This document shows, in pieces, positions 52,829-61,876 of a stretch of DNA of 64,000 bases. The notes beneath the pieces were generated by a model. That model worked only from the letters and a program-made list of their open reading frames with translations. It searched no databases and had not been told where the DNA came from. The translations under genes and the position numbers were made by a program. Source of the DNA: Limisphaerales bacterium (GTDB lineage Bacteria; Verrucomicrobiota; Verrucomicrobiia; Limisphaerales; SIBE01); the NCBI GenBank assembly GCA_044225505.1, contig JBGAIN010000001.1, positions 19,642-83,641 on the forward strand, given 5' to 3'. Numbering within the stretch: position 1 is the first letter of the stretch; each line of letters begins with the position of its first letter.

Positions 52829-53383
52829 TTATTGGTATCGAATGGCGTCAAACAACCATGCGCGAGCGAAATTCCAATAGTTCTTTACTGTAGAGACGGA
52901 GAGGTTGAGGACTTGTGCAGTTTCTTCGTTAGTCATCCCGCCGAAATACCGGAGCTTTGTGACTTGAGCCTGCACGGGATGCTCATGCGAAAGTCGTTCG
53001 AGAGCTTCATCCACCGCGAGCAACTGGTCATCTTCGCCGGGGGCTGCCAGACCGGCTTCCTGCAATTCGACATGCTCGTACTGACCTCCGTGGCGCAGCG
53101 TTTGTCGGCGTCGCGCTCGGTCAATGAGAATCCGGCGCATGGCTTCGGCCGCCACTGCAAAGAAGTGCGCGCGATTTTCGAACTTTCGATTTCCCGTCCC
53201 AACCAGCTTCAACCAGGCTTCATGAACCAACGCGGTGGGTTGGAGCGTCTGCCCGGGGCATTCTCGAGCCATTTTATAAGCTGCCAGGCGCCGTAATTCT
53301 TCGTAAGCCAGCTCAAGCAACTGATCGGCAGCCTTAAAGTCGCCCTGTTCCACGTCGGTCCGCAATGCGCTGGCCTCACTCAT
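52829..53383 (-). CDS. ECF sigma factor, TIGR02999/ECF43-like
   Basis: YEELRRLAA...GQTLQPTALVHEAWLKL, RAHFFAVAAEAMRRILIDRAR, LRYFGG, WNFARAWL. Confidence 0.93.
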   Translation of the reverse strand: MSEASALRTDVEQGDFKAADQLLELAYEELRRLAAYKMARECPGQTLQPTALVHEAWLKLVGTGNRKFENRAHFFAVAAEAMRRILIDRARRRQTLRHGGQYEHVELQEAGLAAPGEDDQLLAVDEALERLSHEHPVQAQVTKLRYFGGMTNEETAQVLNLSVSTVKNYWNFARAWLFDAIRYQ

Positions 53384-53434
53384 ATTCGCCTCACGAGCAT
53401 GGCACGGCGGATGCCAGGGGCAACGACATTCGCG

Positions 53435-56400
53435 TTACGGCTTCTTTGTGTCACTTTGGTGAGGTGGGCGCTGGGCAACGGCGGTGGCCTCATCGAGAGC
53501 GATGCGGGCAATGAGCCAGGCTACCCAGGAGCCGCCAAACTTTTCGACGCCGCGCTCAGGAGTGATTTTCGGTGCCAATGCTTCACCTTTTGCTAGCACG
53601 GTGTGTGCGTCGGCCTCACGGCCGAGTCGCCAATTGGTCATCGATAGGACTGCGCAGGCATAAGCGCTCGCGTAGGCTTGAGGACTTTCGAGAACTTTTT
53701 GACCCCAGGTCAAGGCTTCCTCGTAATGGCCTAATCGATAGCTTGCCATTGCCTTGCACCCCTGGAAATACGGCATGCTGTCTTTTTCGGTGCTGCCTCG
53801 ACTTACGGCAATGTCGGCCAACGCGTCTACGGTTCGCAAATCAACGCCTGAGTCTGGGAGAAGCAAACAGTCGGTCGCCATTCGCTGAGCCCAGTAAGGA
53901 TTGGTCGTGTTGCTGAAAGTCGCGAGGATCTTTCTGCACAATTGCTCATATGCCCGACGGTTTTGGGTTACCACCAGGAGCGGTGCGAGGATATGGTAGT
54001 GGTAGTGCTCGGCCGGTTGATGCTCGATAGACCGGGCCGCATCGGCTGCAGCTTCTTCCCACCGACCCTGGCGACCCATGAAGTCGGCCCGTTGAAAGAG
54101 TAGCTTGACGCTTACGGGCTCCCTCAAGAGAGTTGGAGTTAGCGCGTGTGCGAGGACCCGCTCCGCTTCGTCGAACTTCCTCTGCTCCCACAAGGCTCGG
54201 GCGAGTCCTTCGACCTCCAAAACGGTCTGGGGATCGTCATTTCCAAATTGCTTGCGTTTTAGTTCCAGAGTTTGTTGTCGAACCGTTTCCGCTTCCACCC
54301 AATTTCCTTCTTTTTCCAACGTGGAACCAAGGCCGGTCAGAGTGGCGAGGACATCTGGATGCTCGTCGCCCAGCAGCTTGCGTTGGATAGAAAGGGCGGC
54401 GTTCAAGACCGTGTGCGATTCCGTAAGGTTACCGTTTTGCCGCATGCGGTCGCCTAGCAGGTAAATAGATCTAGCCACGTCAGGATGTTCATCGCCCAAC
54501 TGCTTTCGTTGGATGTCAAACGCTTGAGTTTCCAGGGTCTCGACCTCTCCCGAATGGCTCCCCAAGACCCAGGCCAAATCGGCCAGCGCTGCCGCCACGA
54601 GGGGATGATCGTTGCCAAGCAACCGGCGGCGCATGGCGAGCATCTCCCGCGCGACACTTTCAGCTTCCTTATGCTGGCCACGATCGCCAAGAACGATGCA
54701 AAGATTACGAAGAGATTCGGCCACATCCAAATGCTCGTCTCCGAAAAGCCTTCTCCGCATTTCCAAGCTATCGCGCGTGAACTTCTCGGAGTCGGCGAGT
54801 CGCTTCTGGCGGCGATACACGGCGCCCAGATTGTTAAGTGTTGCTGCCACATCCGCATGCTCGTTTCCGAACAGTCTCCGCCGAATAGCCAGGGCTTCCT
54901 GATAGGCCGCCTCGGCTTCGGTTAGCTTGCGTTGTTTCCAAAGTGCCATTCCGAGGTCATTGAGCGAAGAGGCTGCGTCTGCGCTCTCCCTTCCCGTGTT
55001 CTTCCGGTTCAGCATTAAGGCTGAACGGGCCATCGCTTCAGCCCCTTCGTAGTTTCCTATTTCCAGATAGAGCCGGCCGATTAAGCCTCGCATTTCCGCC
55101 TCTACTCCAGGCTGATCGCCAACTTGCTGACCGATTTGCTGCGCGGTCTTGTCCAGAATCTCCCGCAGCATCTCGGTATTGCGCCCACGAGCCACGGATG
55201 GCCCGACACCTTCTAACATGTTTTTCAGGAATTGGGTCGCCTGTCGGCTCCGCACTTCCTCAGTCTCGGCTTTTAGGCGCGCACGTCGTTCGTTGGTAAG
55301 AGCGCCTGTCACCACCGCCAGACTGGTCACAATGAGTGCGACGACGATCCCGATTCCAGCCGAGAGCAATTTGTTCCGCTGCACTGCCTTTTTGAATTTG
55401 TAGAACTTGCTGCACGGACGTGCGGAGACAGTTTCGTTGGCCAGGTAGCGTTTCACGTCCAGCGCGAGACCGTTGGCTGTTTCGTAACGGCGAGTCCGAT
55501 CCTTCTCAAGCGCCTTCATCACGATCCAATCTAAATCGCCGCGGACCGTTCGAATTAAGTTGGGAGCTTCCGATCGATGGTGTTGCGCCACAGTCGTCAG
55601 ATCTGTCACCACCATTGTGCTCAGCCGCGTCGATGGTCGGACCGGCTCTACTTCTCGAATGACACGGCGGATTTCGTCGAGACCTGCTTTCAAGAGAGCA
55701 CCGCCATCAAAGGGCGTCGAACCGGTTACTAGTTCGTATAGCAACACGCCGAGGCTGTAGATGTCTGTGCGCGTGTCTACGTCGGCGCTGGAGAGCGCCG
55801 CCTGCTCGGGGCTCATGTAGGCCGGGGTCCCAATGAGCATTTCGAAGGCGGTGAAGAGCGTCTTGTCTGTCAACCGTTGATTGGTAGTCGCCTTGGCGAT
55901 GCCGAAATCAATCACCATTGGCAATGGCTCGCCTTCCATCGTCCCTGTCACAAGGATGTTGGAAGGTTTGAGATCACGGTGAATGATGCCCTTCTGGTGC
56001 GCGTGCTGCACGGCCTGACACACTTGCTGGAACAGTCCGAGCCGTTCCTTCGTCGGCAGCGAATTTTGGTCGCAATATTCCGTGATCTTAACGCCGCGGA
56101 TGAGTTCCATGACGAAGAACGGCCGACCGGATGCCGTCGCTCCTGCATCGAACACCTTGGCGATGTTAGGATGATTCATGAGCGCAAGGGCTTGCCGCTC
56201 GGCTTCGAAGCGCGCGATCACGCTCTTCGTGTCCATCCCAGGCTTGATAATCTTCAATGCCACGCGACGGCGCACCGGCTCTTCCTGTTCTGCCATGAAC
56301 ACCACCCCGGCACCTCCCTCGCCGATTTGCTGCAACAGTCTGTAGCGACCGATGCGGTCGTCAGGCTTTTCGCCGACGGCATGCGTTCTTCTCGTTCCGG

Positions 56401-56584
56401 CGGGGCCGGGCGGCCGCTCCATGAAATGGCCGGCCTCGGAATGTGCGCGCAGCAGCACTTCAACGCGTGCTCTCAGCGCGTGGTCATCGCCACATTCTCG
56501 CGCTAAATACTCTGCGCGTTCCCGGACCGGGAGTTCCGACGCCGCGGCAAAGACCGCCACGTCTCTGCTCGGTTTTTCATCCAT
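53435..56584 (-). CDS. Ser/Thr protein kinase with TM helix and TPR repeats
   Basis: ERAEYLARECGDD..LRARVEVLL N-terminus, IGEGGAGVVF, HRDLKPSN, DFGIAK, GTPAYMSPEQ, repeated LFGNEHADVAATLNNLG-type TPRs; start placed at MDEKPS. Confidence 0.95.
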   Translation of the reverse strand: MDEKPSRDVAVFAAASELPVRERAEYLARECGDDHALRARVEVLLRAHSEAGHFMERPPGPAGTRRTHAVGEKPDDRIGRYRLLQQIGEGGAGVVFMAEQEEPVRRRVALKIIKPGMDTKSVIARFEAERQALALMNHPNIAKVFDAGATASGRPFFVMELIRGVKITEYCDQNSLPTKERLGLFQQVCQAVQHAHQKGIIHRDLKPSNILVTGTMEGEPLPMVIDFGIAKATTNQRLTDKTLFTAFEMLIGTPAYMSPEQAALSSADVDTRTDIYSLGVLLYELVTGSTPFDGGALLKAGLDEIRRVIREVEPVRPSTRLSTMVVTDLTTVAQHHRSEAPNLIRTVRGDLDWIVMKALEKDRTRRYETANGLALDVKRYLANETVSARPCSKFYKFKKAVQRNKLLSAGIGIVVALIVTSLAVVTGALTNERRARLKAETEEVRSRQATQFLKNMLEGVGPSVARGRNTEMLREILDKTAQQIGQQVGDQPGVEAEMRGLIGRLYLEIGNYEGAEAMARSALMLNRKNTGRESADAASSLNDLGMALWKQRKLTEAEAAYQEALAIRRRLFGNEHADVAATLNNLGAVYRRQKRLADSEKFTRDSLEMRRRLFGDEHLDVAESLRNLCIVLGDRGQHKEAESVAREMLAMRRRLLGNDHPLVAAALADLAWVLGSHSGEVETLETQAFDIQRKQLGDEHPDVARSIYLLGDRMRQNGNLTESHTVLNAALSIQRKLLGDEHPDVLATLTGLGSTLEKEGNWVEAETVRQQTLELKRKQFGNDDPQTVLEVEGLARALWEQRKFDEAERVLAHALTPTLLREPVSVKLLFQRADFMGRQGRWEEAAADAARSIEHQPAEHYHYHILAPLLVVTQNRRAYEQLCRKILATFSNTTNPYWAQRMATDCLLLPDSGVDLRTVDALADIAVSRGSTEKDSMPYFQGCKAMASYRLGHYEEALTWGQKVLESPQAYASAYACAVLSMTNWRLGREADAHTVLAKGEALAPKITPERGVEKFGGSWVAWLIARIALDEATAVAQRPPHQSDTKKP

Positions 56585-56667
56585 GTTCTTCTGCCTCCGA
56601 CAAACGCGAACGTTTCGGTCTGGTGATCGGCATTTGGCCGACGAGCCGCTACAAGCTCTGTTAGTGT

Positions 56668-56697
56668 AGAAGCGAGATTTCGGTCCGAATAGGACAA
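56668..56697 (-). promoter_or_regulatory. Putative ECF promoter TTGTCC-N13-ATCTCGCTTCT
   Basis: About 85 nt upstream of the kinase start; matches 52670-52699. Confidence 0.6.
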
Positions 56698-57093
56698 ATG
56701 CGTGATCCGTTAAAGTTTTCCCACGATTCGACGGTCGATCTCGGAGGCCCAAAGCCATGCTTGGAGGATAATTCGAGCAACTCGCACGCCTTATTGTTAA
56801 AGACCTCAGATCCAAACTCGACTACATCTTGAATGATCCCACCTTGAAGATCCTGCAAGGAGCCGGTTCTCGCCCGTCCAGGGGTTCTGGACCGTTGTTT
56901 TTTGGGTTACTTCTGCGTTCCCGTGGGAGCTAGCCAAGCGCCTGCTCCTGGTCGCACGGACTCTGAACATGAACCGGTGCGCGCCTTGGCACGGAAATGC
57001 ACGCAAAAATTCTGGACAAGGTTTCTGATTCCGTTCACGTCACTTTCGACGCGGCCAAGGACGGTCAGCCACTAGGTTGAGCAGTCGTTCCAG

Positions 57094-58515
57094 TTACTGC
57101 GAAGCTCGCTTTGCCTGTCCCTTGTGACGAAAATAAGGTATTCCGAGCTTGCGGCGCCTCTGCTGCACGGATGACACGTGCCGATGCAATCGCCCGGCAA
57201 TGTCGCTATCGCTCGCTGTCCCTAAAAGCGCATCCTCCTTGATCGTAAACAATCGCCATCCGGGCTTGAAAGGCGGGACACTCAATCTGAAGCGCCGGTT
57301 TTCAACTGCGCTGACAGTACGGCAGAGTTTCCTGGCCACGTCTCGATCACTCATGGTTCCGAGGTGCTTCTCCTCCTCAGTATTCCAAGGACGATGGCGC
57401 GCCGGCGTTTTCCCTAATTTGACACGTCGATCCCGCACGCTGCTGACCGTTCTGCCGAGTTCTCGAGCGACCTCGAGGTCGGTCTTCTTGCCCAATAATG
57501 CGTCCTCGACCGCGGTCCACCCCTTGGGCCGGGAGGCGTTCGACTCTTTCAGGATTCCCAGTCGCGAACGCCGCTGCTTGACGGCGTGCTCACTCGTCCT
57601 TAAGAGCATAGCGACTTGCTTGTCCGGTCGTGTGCCCAAGATCTTGTCGTCTTCAGGGCTCCAACAATGCCTCGTATCACCAAATGCGCGAATACCTTTA
57701 TCAACTCGCCGTGCGCGGACCGACTGAATACTCCGGTTCAATTTCTTGGCGAGCTTCTGGTCCGGCATCGTCCCCAACAACCGGTCTTCTGCATCCACCC
57801 AGCGGATGATTGGACGTACAAATCCGGGGATGCCAAGCAGTTTGCGCCGGCGCCGGACAAGCGACCGTGGTCGCCCCAGCTTCAAGGCGAGCTCTCGATC
57901 TGGAATTGTCCCTAAGAGCAGCTCTTCCTTCCCCTCCCAGGGCTGGTAACCGGGGCGCGGCGGCAAGGCTAATTTGCGTTTCCGCCGGCGGGTCCGCACT
58001 GCCGCGACGCTATGCCCTGTGCGTGAAGCCACTTTCTCATCCGGGAGCTTTCCCAGAAGGGCATCCTCGCCTTGAGTCCACGAATGAGACTTTAAACCAA
58101 ACATCCGTATTCCGAGTCTGATGCGCTTCTGACGGACGGAATCTTCTGTCCGAAGCAACTGCTGCGCGAGTTGGGCATCAGACATAGTCCCAAGGAGCGC
58201 TATGCCATCAGAGTTCCAGCCGATGTGTCTCGGTTCGAAAACGGGAATGCCAATCATGTTTCGCCGTCGACGAACTGCCGCCACAGAGCGCCCCAGGAGA
58301 GCGGCGAGCTTCTCGTCGCGCATCCTACCGAGGAGTTCAATTTCACTGAGCGTCCAGTCGGGCGCGCGCTGCCGGCCCGAGTCCGTTCGGGCGCGGCGAA
58401 GGCGTCGCCTTGGCGGGTGCGTCTGCCGCAGCAAGCGTGCCGCTTCGTGATCGGATTTATTGGCTAGGAGCGAGCGCCGGCGATTTTCGGGTTCACGTTG
58501 GAAATGGCCGACCAT
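57094..58515 (-). CDS. Hypothetical protein made of nine tandem ~46-aa Myb/SANT-like HTH repeats
   Basis: Consensus WTxxEDxLLGTxPDxxLAxxLGRSxxAVxxRRxxLGI repeated nine times plus one degenerate N-terminal unit; very Arg/Lys-rich; no signal peptide or TM helix. Confidence 0.85.
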   Translation of the reverse strand: MVGHFQREPENRRRSLLANKSDHEAARLLRQTHPPRRRLRRARTDSGRQRAPDWTLSEIELLGRMRDEKLAALLGRSVAAVRRRRNMIGIPVFEPRHIGWNSDGIALLGTMSDAQLAQQLLRTEDSVRQKRIRLGIRMFGLKSHSWTQGEDALLGKLPDEKVASRTGHSVAAVRTRRRKRKLALPPRPGYQPWEGKEELLLGTIPDRELALKLGRPRSLVRRRRKLLGIPGFVRPIIRWVDAEDRLLGTMPDQKLAKKLNRSIQSVRARRVDKGIRAFGDTRHCWSPEDDKILGTRPDKQVAMLLRTSEHAVKQRRSRLGILKESNASRPKGWTAVEDALLGKKTDLEVARELGRTVSSVRDRRVKLGKTPARHRPWNTEEEKHLGTMSDRDVARKLCRTVSAVENRRFRLSVPPFKPGWRLFTIKEDALLGTASDSDIAGRLHRHVSSVQQRRRKLGIPYFRHKGQAKRASQ

Positions 58516-58603
58516 AACCGAGGGGAGTTAGCTTATAAACTTGATGGGGCACTGACTGTGCAAAGAGCGGCCCACAAGACGTCGAACCTACCCTACGCGT
58601 TAG

Positions 58604-60031
58604 TCAGAATCCCCGACTGACCGTCTGCCCATCGGATTTTCCGGCCAGTTGCTCCACTACCGATTTGGTCCGCGCCACCACGAAGGGTATGATTGGCTTC
58701 ACCTCAAGAGGACCTGCAAATCCGGGGCCCATAGAGATTGTTACCTTCTCCCCAATCGTGGCCTTGTTCAGAGCAGCGAGCTGCTCTGAAGACTCCTCCT
58801 CTAATGGACCACGGAGGACGTTGGCCAACTCGTCCACCTGCCGTTGAATGCGCGCAGGTTCGAAAAGTGTTCCGCTGAACTCCTGCAATTTCGCCAGGTA
58901 AGCCTTCTTGAACGAGTCTACTTTAAAAACGCGCTCGAGAAAGCGATTCTCGCCTGTCCAGGGCTTTTGGATGGTCAAATTCTCTCGCTGCTCTTGGGTT
59001 CCGCGGGGGAACTGGCCGAAGGGTTGGTCCTGGTCCCAGGGAATGAATGTGAACCGGTGCGTGCTCGGATGGAGATAGACGTAAAAGTTCTGACCAGGGC
59101 CCAGAATGCCGTCGAGGTCCGTTGACCAGGCGGTGATGGCCATGTAACGCGCAAAGTTGTCGATCTCCAGGTAGGTGGGCAATTTGGCAGCGAATTCGTT
59201 ATCCTTGGCTTTGGTGGCGAACTGACAAAACTGAATGATCCGCTGTTTGTCCTCGTTCGAGAGACCACCTTTGGGATCGTAAGTCTGATTGTAGTTTTTC
59301 CAATCGTCACCGAGGTCGTTGAACAGGTTCGGAGTCACCGGTTTGAGCAGCGCTCCCTTGGAACTCCCAAATCGCTCTTTGGCGAACTCTTTGGAGATGT
59401 CTTCAACCAGGTCGTAGAGTCCGAAATACTTTTGTTCGTATTTGCCGGAAACGGTGACGTAGACCTTGGCGTATGCCGTGCGCGGCGCGGGAACCCCGCC
59501 ATCGCGGAAGAGACGGTAAGCGACGGCTTCATTCATGGAGCTGGGGTCGCGCACCGAGTTGTGAAGGTTCAGTTGAGACATTTCAGCAAGCTTCTGGCCC
59601 TTTTGAAACTGATCCAGATCGATCTTGAACGATCGTTTGATGCTCTGCTGTGAACTGAAGAAAGTGCCGTTCCCTTTGTAACGGACGCCCACATCCTTAA
59701 ATTTATTTGTACCGAACTCCAAATCGGCATGGACATAGTCGAAGACGAACCCGAAAGCAGACGCGATCCCGTTCCTGCTCCCCTCCGGACCCTGGAGAAA
59801 GCTTCTGGGTCGACCTGGACCTCCAGGTGATCTTGGCCTTTGTTTCGGCTCCATCGCCTCCCATTGCTCTGGCGTGAAGCTCAGATGCAATGTCCAAACA
59901 TTCGTGAAACCAAAGATCGCCTCAGGAGCAAGGGGCGTCGACCGGCCGCTGATGGGCGCGTCGGCCGCTGGTGACGAACTCTCCCGGAGACACAGCAGGG
60001 CCGTTGCGAGTAGTAAAGTGGTTCGAATCAT
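58604..60031 (-). CDS. Secreted CotH-family kinase
   Basis: Signal peptide, VGVRYKGNGT, KRSFKID, GVPAPRTAYA, GLYDLVE, NFYVY, FIPWDQD. Confidence 0.88.
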   Translation of the reverse strand: MIRTTLLLATALLCLRESSSPAADAPISGRSTPLAPEAIFGFTNVWTLHLSFTPEQWEAMEPKQRPRSPGGPGRPRSFLQGPEGSRNGIASAFGFVFDYVHADLEFGTNKFKDVGVRYKGNGTFFSSQQSIKRSFKIDLDQFQKGQKLAEMSQLNLHNSVRDPSSMNEAVAYRLFRDGGVPAPRTAYAKVYVTVSGKYEQKYFGLYDLVEDISKEFAKERFGSSKGALLKPVTPNLFNDLGDDWKNYNQTYDPKGGLSNEDKQRIIQFCQFATKAKDNEFAAKLPTYLEIDNFARYMAITAWSTDLDGILGPGQNFYVYLHPSTHRFTFIPWDQDQPFGQFPRGTQEQRENLTIQKPWTGENRFLERVFKVDSFKKAYLAKLQEFSGTLFEPARIQRQVDELANVLRGPLEEESSEQLAALNKATIGEKVTISMGPGFAGPLEVKPIIPFVVARTKSVVEQLAGKSDGQTVSRGF

Positions 60032-60106
60032 AGAATTGAAGCTGGACCCTGCGCGGATTAAAGGGCGTGCAAACCCGGCAGGGTCACCCGTGAATGTAAG
60101 GAGGTG

Positions 60107-61825
60107 CTACTTGGCCTTCACGTCGTAACAGAATAACGTGTCCTGGTCCCGGATGTAGAGCTTACCATTCGCAATCACGGGATGTGCCCAGGCCGGTTTG
60201 TCCGTGCGGTCGGGCTGATCAAACCGGCCACGTTCGATGTATTCTTTACGATTGGGCTCAATCAGAACGACCGGGCCTTCCTCGGTGCGGTAATAGATCC
60301 GGCCGTCTGCGAACGCGACTGAGCCTTTGGTGACCCGACGCTTCTCCCGATCCGCTTCGTTCCACAGGACCTCGCCAGTCTTATAATCAAGACACGCCAA
60401 ATAGCCGCCGCCATTACCGCCGTTTGCGCCGAATAAAGCGCCATCGTGAAGGATTACTCCGCCGTGATGGTTTTCCATCGACTTCGAAAACCAGACTTCC
60501 TCGGCGGCGAACTCGCCGGTTGCTTTCTTAGTCAACCGCACTGATCCACCTCCAGCCCCATAGGCCGAAGCAGCGAACACTTGGCCGTCCTGATAGATCG
60601 GCGTGGAAATGTTGAGCCGCATTCCGTTGGCAGGCTTGTCATACCGCCAAAGCAGCTTGCCGTCGTCTGCGGAAACTCCAGCTACGGTCATGGCCAGGAA
60701 TTGCACGTATTGGTGCTGGCCGCCAAAGTCGATGGCGATCGGTGATGAGTAACCGGCGCCGGTGTTTTGCGGGCCCATGAATTTCATGCCGACTTCGTCC
60801 TCAATAAGTTTGCCGTCGTGATTTGCGTCCAGCTTTTGCAGCGCCGCCACCGCGTTCTTAATCTCCGCATCATCAATCACGCCATTTTCGTCGGCATCCA
60901 GGGCAGCAAGCGCTTTCATCATCCGCATGATGCCCGGGCCTCGACGGGGACGTGGTCGATTATTTTGGCCGTCGCGCCCTCCCATCTGGGGAGTGATTTC
61001 ATCCTCAGAAAGTTTGCCATCCTGATTCTTGTCCATTTTGAGGAGAGCAGCCGGCGCCGCGGCCAGTTCATCCGCTGAGATTTCCTTGTTGTGATCCTGG
61101 TCGAGAGTGGAGAGCGTGGGATCTGTCTCAATGGCACTGGGCCGATTCCCACCAGGGCCGCGGTTTTGCGTTCCGCCGCCAGACACGCGGTCCGGCACAT
61201 AGCTCTTCCAGATCGTCTCGCCGTTAGCCTTGTTCAGCGCGACCATCGTCGTTTCGTCTCCACCGGGTGTGCAGATCACTTTCTCGCCGTCAATGAGAGG
61301 CGATTCTCGAAAATTCCACATTGGGCTTTTTCCTCCGAAGTCTGCCTTCAGATTCCGTCGCCAGACCACCTTCCCGTCAGCCGCTTGGAGGCATTCCACA
61401 TTGCCCGCAAGTCCCATCACATAGAGTCGATCCCCATCCACGGTCGGAGTGGCGCTCGGACCTTCTTTTGATTGCGGCCAGTTCTGGGCAAGCGCGGGCG
61501 CCAGCCGGACCGCCCAGATTTCTTTGCCATCTTTCTCCGAAAGAGCCCAGACGACTTCGTCGCCGCCGCGATGGGCCATTCCGTAGATCCGACCGGCGAC
61601 CACGGACGGGGCGCCGTCGCCACCGCCGAGTCCCTTGACTTTCCAGGCGAGCGGCGGCCCACCCTTGGGCCATTGGTTGAGGAGGCCTGTTTCTTTGGAA
61701 TGGGCTGTGCGGTCTGGGCCTTGCCATTGCGGCCAATCGTTGGCGTACGCATAAGACATCAGCAGGCCCGAGGCAAACATGCCTAGGACGGGTTTGGCAA
61801 ATCGTTTAGGTCGTTTGGTGTTCAT
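60107..61825 (-). CDS. Secreted PQQ-like/BamB-like beta-propeller protein with an inserted four-EF-hand module
   Basis: [34 protein letters not shown]; loops [48 protein letters not shown]. Confidence 0.88.
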   Translation of the reverse strand: MNTKRPKRFAKPVLGMFASGLLMSYAYANDWPQWQGPDRTAHSKETGLLNQWPKGGPPLAWKVKGLGGGDGAPSVVAGRIYGMAHRGGDEVVWALSEKDGKEIWAVRLAPALAQNWPQSKEGPSATPTVDGDRLYVMGLAGNVECLQAADGKVVWRRNLKADFGGKSPMWNFRESPLIDGEKVICTPGGDETTMVALNKANGETIWKSYVPDRVSGGGTQNRGPGGNRPSAIETDPTLSTLDQDHNKEISADELAAAPAALLKMDKNQDGKLSEDEITPQMGGRDGQNNRPRPRRGPGIMRMMKALAALDADENGVIDDAEIKNAVAALQKLDANHDGKLIEDEVGMKFMGPQNTGAGYSSPIAIDFGGQHQYVQFLAMTVAGVSADDGKLLWRYDKPANGMRLNISTPIYQDGQVFAASAYGAGGGSVRLTKKATGEFAAEEVWFSKSMENHHGGVILHDGALFGANGGNGGGYLACLDYKTGEVLWNEADREKRRVTKGSVAFADGRIYYRTEEGPVVLIEPNRKEYIERGRFDQPDRTDKPAWAHPVIANGKLYIRDQDTLFCYDVKAK

Positions 61826-61876
61826 GAGGTGTTTAGAAGAGCTAGAAACGAGTGGTTCGCGTTAGATGCTTCGCCT

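Noticed and set aside
56585-56815. N-terminal extensions given by the ORF track for the TPR kinase (and likewise for ORFs ending or starting at 21937, 21814 and 52628)
   Set aside because: Extensions lack family features and mostly overlap putative promoters; downstream ATGs fit better.
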